From positions 1,174,270 through 1,238,269 of the forward strand of contig CAVQXT010000007.1 in the NCBI GenBank assembly GCA_963717945.1: DNA of 64,000 nucleotides, written 5' to 3'. Positions 34,653 to 41,688 of this stretch are shown one piece after another (the first letter of the stretch is position 1; each line of letters begins with the position of its first letter). Made by a program: the position numbers and the translations under genes. Below the pieces are notes generated by a model that was given only the letters and a program-made list of their open reading frames with translations, ran no database searches and had not been told where the DNA came from. The stretch comes from an uncultured Acidobacteriota bacterium. Lineage in GTDB: Bacteria; Acidobacteriota; Vicinamibacteria; Vicinamibacterales; Fen-181.

Positions 34653-37004
34653 TCAGAGATTGATCTTGCGGAGCAGCGTCTGGAAGCGCGGATGGTCGTG
34701 CAGGCTCGTGAACAGGTACGACCCTTTGATGCCGTAGATCGCCCCCGAGCGCTCCTCGAACGCGCGCTCGAGGCAATCGAGCGCCGCCTCCCGGTCGCCG
34801 AGGCCGGCATGGACGTGCGCCAGGTGGTAACTGGCCACGAACTGCGTCGCCGCCAGTTTCTCGAGCTCCGCGAGGATTTCTCGTGCGCGCGCCTCGTCTC
34901 CCGTCATGCCGTAGGCCTGTCCCAATTGCGCGAGGAAGAGCGTGCTTCCGGGGGACAATTCGAGGCTGCGCCTCAAGGCGGCCAGGCCTTCGTTCGTCCT
35001 CCCGAGCGCCAGGCAGGCCCAGCCGAAGACGGCGTGCGAGCGCGAGTACCCGGGGTCCACCGCGATGGCGCGCTCCGCCTCTTCGAGCGCTTCCTCGGTG
35101 CGGCCGGCGCGCATCAGCTCATTCGCCACGTCGCTGCGATGGGCGAGCGGGTCGAGTTCGCGCGCGCGCCGGACGAGCGCGATCGCTTCGTCGAAGCGCC
35201 GCTGCGACGAACAGAGCCAGCCGAGGTGGTCGTAGAGATCGGCGCTGCCGGGGCTGAGCCCGAGTGCGAGCCGGAACTCGGCCTCCGCCCCTTGCCAGTC
35301 GAAGTCTCGCACGAAACGAAGCAGGCCCACGATGCCGTGCGCCTCGGCCAGGCCGTCGTCGAGGGCCAGCGCCCTGTCGACCGACCGCTGCGCCCGGGCG
35401 AAGCTCTCGCCCGGCGAGGCGCCGCTGAAGCCCTCGATGCCGATCTGCGTCTGCGCGTGCGCCAGCCCGACGTACGCGAGCGCGAAGGCCGGGTCGCGCG
35501 CCACGGCCTGCTCGAAGAACGCCAGGCTCCCGACGACGCCCGCTTCGGTGAACTGCAGCAGGTGGTGCCGACCCTGCAGGTAGAGCTGATAGGCGGCCAG
35601 GTCGCGCGTCGGCCGCACGCCGATGCGCTCGCGCTCGCCCACCGTCAGCTCGGCGCGGAGCGCGGCGGCAATGTGCAGCGCCACGTCGCTCTGGATGCCG
35701 AAGACATCGTCGAGGTCGCGGTCGTAGCTCTCGGCCCACACGGGCTCGCCGGTACGAGGGTCCACGAGCTCGGCGACGATGCGCACGCGGTTCGCCGCGC
35801 GGCGGACGCTGCCGTCGAGCAGCATCCCGACGCCGAGGGCCTCGGCGATCCGGCGCAGGCTCTCTCCCCGCCGCTTGAACGCCATGACCGAGGCGCGAGA
35901 GGTGACGCGCAGGGTCCTGACCTTCGCGAGACGGGCGATCACGTCTTCGGTGATGCCGTCGGCGAAGAACTCGTTGTCGGGGTCCGCGCTGATGCTGACA
36001 AAGGGCAGCACGGCCACCGAGGGAAGACTGGCGCTGCCGCGCCCGCCCGTCGTCCCCGCGGCGGCCCGCTCCGACCCGGTCGCCGGCTGCCCGGCCACGA
36101 CGAAGCTCGTCATGGCGCCCATCGCCGCGCCGCCGTCGGTGTCGGCGAGCCCCTCCCTGATGCGTGCGAGGTCGCGGGCGAGATCGCGGGTGGATCCGTA
36201 CCTGTCGCCCGGGTCTTTCTCCAGGCATCGTTCCACGACCCACCGGAGAGGAACGGGGACGTGAGGCGCCTGCTGCTCGACCGAAGCGGGCTCCTCGCGG
36301 ATGACGGCCGTCATCGTCTCCGGCCCGCTCGCGCGCAGAAACGGGTTCCGTCCCGCCAGCATCTCGTAGAGAAGCGAGCCGAAGGCGAACTGATCGGAGT
36401 GGAAGTCGATCGGCCTGCCGAGCGCCTGCTCGGGCGACATGTACGCGAAGGTGCCGATAGCCACGCCCTCCATGGTCTGGCCCGTCGCCGTCGTCGCCGA
36501 ATCGGCCGGGTGATCGTCAGTCAGCAGTTTGGCCAGGCCGAAGTCCACGATCTTCGCGAAGCCGTCGGTCGTGACCATCACGTTCTCGGGCTTCAGGTCG
36601 CGGTGGACGATCCCCGCGGCATGGGCCTTGGCCAGCCCTTCGGCGATCTGCACCGCGATCGCGAGCGCCTTCTTCACCGGCGGCGGACCTTCGGCGAGCA
36701 GCCGGCGCAGCGTCTGCCCGTCGACCAGTTCCATCGCGATGTAGGGGACGCCGGCGTCCTCTCCGACGTCGTGCACCGTGACGATGTTCGGATGGTTGAG
36801 CGCCGAAGCGGATCGGGCCTCCCGCTCGAAGCGCATCAGCCGGTCGGGATCCGACGACAGGCTGCGGGGAAGCACCTTGATCGCCACCTCGCGACCAAGC
36901 CTCGGATCGATCGCCCGGTACACCTCGCCCATGCCGCCCGCTGCGAGACCACAGACGATTTGGTACCGTCCAACCCTGGCACCTGCCGCGAGGCGCATAG
37001 ACAT
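34653..37004 (-). CDS. Ser/Thr protein kinase with TolB-N-like module and TPR repeats
   Basis: GGMGEVYRA, AIKVL, HRDLKPENV, DFGLAK, SPEQ; then VAVLPFVSISADPDNEFFADGITEDVI; C-terminal TPR repeats. Confidence 0.9.
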   Translation of the reverse strand: MSMRLAAGARVGRYQIVCGLAAGGMGEVYRAIDPRLGREVAIKVLPRSLSSDPDRLMRFEREARSASALNHPNIVTVHDVGEDAGVPYIAMELVDGQTLRRLLAEGPPPVKKALAIAVQIAEGLAKAHAAGIVHRDLKPENVMVTTDGFAKIVDFGLAKLLTDDHPADSATTATGQTMEGVAIGTFAYMSPEQALGRPIDFHSDQFAFGSLLYEMLAGRNPFLRASGPETMTAVIREEPASVEQQAPHVPVPLRWVVERCLEKDPGDRYGSTRDLARDLARIREGLADTDGGAAMGAMTSFVVAGQPATGSERAAAGTTGGRGSASLPSVAVLPFVSISADPDNEFFADGITEDVIARLAKVRTLRVTSRASVMAFKRRGESLRRIAEALGVGMLLDGSVRRAANRVRIVAELVDPRTGEPVWAESYDRDLDDVFGIQSDVALHIAAALRAELTVGERERIGVRPTRDLAAYQLYLQGRHHLLQFTEAGVVGSLAFFEQAVARDPAFALAYVGLAHAQTQIGIEGFSGASPGESFARAQRSVDRALALDDGLAEAHGIVGLLRFVRDFDWQGAEAEFRLALGLSPGSADLYDHLGWLCSSQRRFDEAIALVRRARELDPLAHRSDVANELMRAGRTEEALEEAERAIAVDPGYSRSHAVFGWACLALGRTNEGLAALRRSLELSPGSTLFLAQLGQAYGMTGDEARAREILAELEKLAATQFVASYHLAHVHAGLGDREAALDCLERAFEERSGAIYGIKGSYLFTSLHDHPRFQTLLRKINL

Positions 37005-37118
37005 TGTCCGGGAAACGCTGGTCGTTGCCCTCGAGCTGCCAACGTGTCGATTGCCCTCTATTAAGAATAGCTGATGTGCCCCCGGCCGGAGTGGCGGCAG
37101 GACGGCGTGGCACTGCCG

Positions 37119-37208
37119 AAGGCCTGTAGCCTGAAGCCCGCAACCCGGCGTGGCCGTCAGCCCGCAGCCGGACTCCGCCGGGAGCCGAGAGCCCAGAGCC
37201 GAGAGCCG
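37119..37208. repeat. heptanucleotide array (NNNAGCC units)
   Basis: gaaggcc|tgtagcc|tgaagcc|cgcaacc|...|ggagccg|agagccc|agagccg|agagccg. Confidence 0.7.
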
Positions 37209-37209
37209 T

Positions 37210-38547
37210 TCAAATCGCGCGAAGCTTCTTGTAGGTCGCGAGCACGAACACGCCCACCACCATCAGCAGGACGCCGTTCACCGCGAGGACGGCCGGCGCG
37301 GAGTAGATGTTGGCGAGCGCCCCGGCCGCGAGGCTGCCGAGCGGCATGCCGCCGCGGAACGACACCATGTAGATGCTCATCACCCGTCCCCGCATCTCGT
37401 TGGGGACGATGAGCTGCACGATCGAGTTCGCCAGCGAGAACACCACGATCTGCCCGAGCCCGGCCAGGAACAGCAGCGCGTAGCTGAGCGCGGGCGTCCG
37501 CGACCAGGCGAAGAGGACGATGGCCGCGCCGAGGCCGACCTGGACGACGAGCGCCACCGACCCCATCCGCCGGAACCGTCCCACCCACGCGACCATCAGC
37601 GCGCCGACCACCGCGCCGCCCGCCTGGAACGCCATCATCCACGTGTACTGCTCGACGCCGAGGTGATACACCTTCTGCACGATGACCGGCAGCAGCGTCA
37701 TCAGCGGCATCCCCAGGAACGTCGTCAGGAAGGCGACCACGGTGAGGCCGAGCAGCGGCCCCTGGTGCCGCACGTAGGACAGCCCGCCGCGCAGTTGCTC
37801 CAGCATCGGCTGCGGCGGCAGCGGCGTGCGCGCGGGGACGTGGAGCAGCAGCAGCGAGACGATCACCGCGACAAACGACAGGCCGTTCATCGCGAAGCAG
37901 AAGACGGTGCCAAGCGTGGCGTACGCGAGACCGGCCAGCAGCGGCCCGATGATCCGCGCCAGGTTGAACTGGATCGAGTTGAGCGCGATCGCGTTGGGCA
38001 GGTCCTTCTTCTCGACGAGCGACGGGACGAGCGACTGGTAGGCGGGCCCGCCGAAGGCCTGCGCGCAGCCGTTGACGAACGACAGCGCCAGCACGTACCA
38101 GACGGTCACCGAGACGGCGTGGCCCGCCGCTCCAGGCACCGGCCGCACGACGTGCAGGAAGACGAGCACGGCGAGCGTGAACGCCGACGTCATCTGGATG
38201 TACTGCGACGCCAGGAGCACGCGCCGGCGATCGCGCCGGTCGGCCACGACACCGCCGACCAGCGTGAAGAGCATGATCGGCAGCTGCCCGAGAAACGCGT
38301 CCAGCCCCAGGAAGAACGCCGAGCCGGTGAGCGTCAGCACGAGCCAGCTCTGGGCGACGCTCTGCATCCACGTACCGATGCTCGACGTGCAGGCCCCGAA
38401 CCAGAGGTTGCGGAAGTCGGGATAGGTGAAGGCGGCCGCCAGGCGGCGGAGCGCCCGGGCGGGGGAGAGCGGCTCGGACTGCGCCTCGGGGGCGCCGGCG
38501 CCTGGGGCAGTGGGCGAAGGTCCGGCGGCGCCGGTTGCGTCGGTCAT
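37210..38547 (-). CDS. MFS transporter (EntS/MFS_3-like)
   Basis: About 12 TM helices; FRNLWFGACTSSIGTWMQ..., GGVVADRRDRRR. Start at MTDATGA (38547). Confidence 0.85.
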   Translation of the reverse strand: MTDATGAAGPSPTAPGAGAPEAQSEPLSPARALRRLAAAFTYPDFRNLWFGACTSSIGTWMQSVAQSWLVLTLTGSAFFLGLDAFLGQLPIMLFTLVGGVVADRRDRRRVLLASQYIQMTSAFTLAVLVFLHVVRPVPGAAGHAVSVTVWYVLALSFVNGCAQAFGGPAYQSLVPSLVEKKDLPNAIALNSIQFNLARIIGPLLAGLAYATLGTVFCFAMNGLSFVAVIVSLLLLHVPARTPLPPQPMLEQLRGGLSYVRHQGPLLGLTVVAFLTTFLGMPLMTLLPVIVQKVYHLGVEQYTWMMAFQAGGAVVGALMVAWVGRFRRMGSVALVVQVGLGAAIVLFAWSRTPALSYALLFLAGLGQIVVFSLANSIVQLIVPNEMRGRVMSIYMVSFRGGMPLGSLAAGALANIYSAPAVLAVNGVLLMVVGVFVLATYKKLRAI

Positions 38548-38597
38548 GGACGGGGATTCATGGTAGCACGCGGGAGCCCCTTGATTCCCGACCCGAC

Positions 38598-38634
38598 TTT
38601 CGCTATAGTTTCGTGAGAGAATAAAAAGCGAAAC
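38598..38634. promoter_or_regulatory. candidate SOS/LexA operator in the divergent MFS-imuA promoter region
   Basis: The only AT-rich patch in the neighbourhood: cTTTCGctatagTTTCGtgagagaataaaaagCGAAAc. It has a direct repeat TTTCG with 11-nt spacing (compare the GTTC-N7-GTTC type LexA box) plus an inverted CGAAAC. Confidence 0.3.
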
Positions 38635-38650
38635 AAGGGGAAACCCGACC

Positions 38651-39412
38651 ATGGCACACGCTGCGCTGGCCCGCACCGACCTCGAGGCGCTGCTGCGGGC
38701 CCGAAAACTCGACCGCACCCTTCAGCCGGCAGGCGACGCCGGATCGGCCGACCGGTCTCCCGCGGCGTCCGACCGCATCCTGTCCACCGGCCTGGCTGCG
38801 CTCGATGAACGCCTGGGCGGCGGGCTGCCCCGCGGCCAGATGTCGGAAATCGTCGGTCCGCGGTCGTCGGGGCGGACCACGCTGATGTGCGCGACGCTCG
38901 CCGCCGCCACGGAACGCGGAGAGCTGGCCGCCCTCATCGACCCGCTCGACGCGTTCGACCCCGAGTCGGCCGCCTCCTGCGGCGTGGCGCTCGAACGCCT
39001 GCTCTGGATTCGCGGCGAGGGGATGGCGACCGGGCCCCTGCCGCTCCAGGCGAAGGGGCAGTCGGACCGGGTGATGGACCGCGCCGTGAAGGCGCTCAAC
39101 CTGGTGCTGCAGGCGGGGGGCTTCGACCTGGTCGTGTTCGACTGCGCCGAGGTGCTTCCCGACGCCATTCGCCGGCTGCCATTCACCTCCTGGTTCCGGC
39201 TGCAGCGCGTCATCGAGGGGAGCCGCACGGTCTGCCTGCTCCTCGGCCTCGCGCCGATTGCGCGCTCGGCCTCCGGCGTGAGCATCCGGTTGACGTCGCC
39301 CCGCCCGGGGCTGTGGGCGCCCCCGCTGTTCCGCGGCCTGGACATCCAGGCGCGCATCGTCTGCGCCCGTGAGCCCGCCGATGGGAGGTGCGCGGTGAGG
39401 GCCAGAGCATAG
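38651..39412 (+). CDS. imuA: ImuA (SulA/RecA-like) component of the imuA-imuB-dnaE2 mutagenesis cassette
   Basis: LSTGLAALDERLGGGLPRGQMSEIVGPRSSGRTTLMCATLA... is a RecA-like P-loop remnant. Position is upstream of imuB and dnaE2. Confidence 0.8.
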   Translation: MAHAALARTDLEALLRARKLDRTLQPAGDAGSADRSPAASDRILSTGLAALDERLGGGLPRGQMSEIVGPRSSGRTTLMCATLAAATERGELAALIDPLDAFDPESAASCGVALERLLWIRGEGMATGPLPLQAKGQSDRVMDRAVKALNLVLQAGGFDLVVFDCAEVLPDAIRRLPFTSWFRLQRVIEGSRTVCLLLGLAPIARSASGVSIRLTSPRPGLWAPPLFRGLDIQARIVCAREPADGRCAVRARA

Positions 39413-39527
39413 GGCGGAGGGCCACACCGGGCCACAGGCTGCAGGCCTCGGGCTGCGGGCCGTTGGACCGTCACGCGTGGTCGGCCTGTAGCCCGTAGCC
39501 CGTAGCCTGAAGCCTGTAGCCGGCCGT
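39411..39527. repeat. inverted pair of heptamer arrays around a GTCACGCGTGG core
   Basis: Left arm ...ccacagg|ctgcagg|cctcggg|ctgcggg; centre ccgttggaccGTCACGCGTGGtcgg; right arm cctgtag|cccgtag|cccgtag|cctgaag|cctgtag (roughly the reverse complement of the left arm). Confidence 0.75.
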
Positions 39528-40109
39528 GAGGCGCAAGGCGTGCTCAGAAAATGGCGCCGGGGCTCGGCAATCCGCTCGATGGCGGGTCGCCGATGACGGG
39601 GTCGCGGGGGGACGGGTTGGCGCCTGGCGGGTCCTGTCGCCAGGATCCCCCAGCGTCCTCGCGCACACAGCGCTTGTCACGGGCGTCGCGCTCGGCCCGC
39701 TGGGGGGAGGCTCCGCGCCCGGCTTGGCCGAGCGACGAGCGACGGCCAAGTCGGACACCGACGCCACGCGTGGCGTCGGTCGCGGAGAACGCCTGGCGCC
39801 ACCCGCCCGTCGGGGGATCTCCGGCCGGCCACCGTCGAGTCGCCAACCCGCGTGGGGCGTGTTTAGAACAAAGCGCCGCGGCCAGGCGGCCCGGTCGGTC
39901 CGATGCCGCGCCGCAGGGATCTGCCCGAGCAAAGCGTAAACCTGTCCCGACCGTGGTGCCAGGGAGGGGCCGCTTTGCGAGCCGGCAGACCCGAGACGCG
40001 GCGTTCAATCGGACGTGGTCGCCACGCGCGGCGCCGTGCTCGGCAGCTGCCATTTTCATGGGCCAGGGTGAGCCCCGGCTCATGACGCAGTAAGCCGAAT
40101 AGGATTCCC

Positions 40110-41579
40110 ATGTTCGCCTGTCTCTTCCAACCCTCGTCGCAGTTCACGCTGTTCGGCACGGCCGGGCGGGCGGCCGATGCCGCGCCGGCTGTCGCGGCCG
40201 GCGCGCCCGGGTCGCTCGACGCGCTGGCCCGGGAGTTCTCGCCGCGGGTGCAGGCGCACCGGGACACGCTGGTGTCGCTCGACATCGGCGACCTCGGACG
40301 GCTGCTCGGCACGCCGGCCGAGATCGGCGAGGATCTGAAGCGCGCGGCGGAGGACCGCGGGCTGAGCCTGCACATCGCCATCGCCCCCACGCGGACGGCC
40401 GCGCTGCTGCTGGCGCTGGCGCGGCCCGGCGTGATCGTCGTGCCGCCGGGCGGCGAACGCCAGGCGGTGGCGACGCTGCCGCTCGGCGTGCTGCGGCAGT
40501 ACCCGCGGGAGTTGCACGGGACCGACGACCAGGGCCAGCGGGTGATCGATCTGCTCCGGCGCTGGGGATTGAGGACGCTTGGCGACCTGGCCGGGCTGCC
40601 CGCCCGTCCGCTGTCGGAGCGGCTGGGACAGGACGGCGTGGCCTGGCGGCGCCTGGCGCGCGGGGAGGACCTGCAGCCGCTGGTCGCCACCGAGGCCGCG
40701 GCGCCGGTCGAAGAAGTGCTGGACCTCGAGTGGCCGGTGGAGGGACTCGAGCCGCTCTCCTTCGTGCTGGCGCGGGTCTGCGAGCCGCTCAGCGAGCGCC
40801 TGGCGGCCGAGGACCTGGCCGCCGTGGGGCTTCATCTCTCGTGCCGCCTCGCGTCACGCGAAACCGAGACGCGCGACCTGCAACTGCCGGCCCCGATGCG
40901 CGATCCGAAAGTGCTGCGGACCCTGCTGCTGCTGCACCTCGAGTCGCACCCGCTGACCGGCGGCGTCGAGCGCCTGGCGCTCCGGGTGGACGTCGCGCCG
41001 GCCCGCATCACGCAGTTCTCGCTGCTGGCGCGCGCGCGGCCGTTTCCCGAGCAGATGGCCACGCTCATGGCGCGGCTGTCGGCGCTGGTCGGCGAGAGCC
41101 GCGTCGGCGCCGCCGCGCTGGTCGATTCCCACCGGCCCGGCGCGTTTGCCATGGCGCGGTTCATGGGCTGGAGCCGCGGCGAGGCCGAACCGGCCGGCGA
41201 GCCTTCGACTTCGCTCAGGCCAGGGGAGCCGCGGTCGGGGTTCCGCCGGTTCCGCGTGCCGGTGCCGGCCCGGGTCATGGTGCAGGCGGGGAAGCCGGTC
41301 CGCGTGACGATGGCGCGGCGAGGGCTCGATGGCGGATCGGTGGCCGCGTCCGCCGGGCCGTGGCGCACCTCTGGCGACTGGTGGCTCGTCAAGGAGGAAG
41401 CGGGGCGAGCCTCTCGACAGGGCTCGGGGCAGGTCGAAGGAGCTTGCCCTGAGCGAGCGCAGCGAGTCGAAGGGTGGTGCCGCGACGAGTGGGACGTGGC
41501 GCTCTCCGACGGCGGCGTCTACCGCATCTTCCGCGACCGCTCGCGCGATCGATGGTTCGTCGATGGGATCGTGGATTGA
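40110..41579 (+). CDS. imuB: ImuB, Y-family DNA polymerase-like protein
   Basis: MFACLFQPS..., LDIGDLGRLLG, TLPLGVL, LRRWGLRTLGDLAGLP, then a C-terminal extension. Position is directly upstream of dnaE2. Confidence 0.85.
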   Translation: MFACLFQPSSQFTLFGTAGRAADAAPAVAAGAPGSLDALAREFSPRVQAHRDTLVSLDIGDLGRLLGTPAEIGEDLKRAAEDRGLSLHIAIAPTRTAALLLALARPGVIVVPPGGERQAVATLPLGVLRQYPRELHGTDDQGQRVIDLLRRWGLRTLGDLAGLPARPLSERLGQDGVAWRRLARGEDLQPLVATEAAAPVEEVLDLEWPVEGLEPLSFVLARVCEPLSERLAAEDLAAVGLHLSCRLASRETETRDLQLPAPMRDPKVLRTLLLLHLESHPLTGGVERLALRVDVAPARITQFSLLARARPFPEQMATLMARLSALVGESRVGAAALVDSHRPGAFAMARFMGWSRGEAEPAGEPSTSLRPGEPRSGFRRFRVPVPARVMVQAGKPVRVTMARRGLDGGSVAASAGPWRTSGDWWLVKEEAGRASRQGSGQVEGACPERAQRVEGWCRDEWDVALSDGGVYRIFRDRSRDRWFVDGIVD

Positions 41580-41674
41580 GTAGTGGCCGCTACCAGTTGC
41601 CAGTTGTCAGTGTCCAGTGGCCAGTCGATCGCGCGTGACACACCGGCAACTGACAACTGGCCACTGGCAACTAC
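41580..41674. repeat. palindromic heptamer-array element (CAGTTGC/CAACTGA units) with central GTCGATCGCGCGTGACACAC
   Basis: It fills the imuB-dnaE2 spacer. The right arm (29 nt, 41647-41675) is identical to 41951-41979. Confidence 0.8.
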
Positions 41675-41688
41675 ACGTGTCGATACCC

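Noticed and set aside
34201-34776. 191-aa ORF spanning the MFS-fragment copy
   Set aside because: It is a read-through of the orphan duplicated 105-bp fragment into repeat and remnant DNA. It also overlaps the kinase gene's 3' end and has no start context.
39526-40093. ORFs in the imuA-imuB spacer (39526..39939 +, 39551..40093 +, 39544..40083 -, 39471..39932 -)
   Set aside because: All have Arg/Gly/Pro/Ser-rich low-information sequences, mutually overlap on both strands, and have no Shine-Dalgarno or recognisable motif. The region is treated as non-coding.
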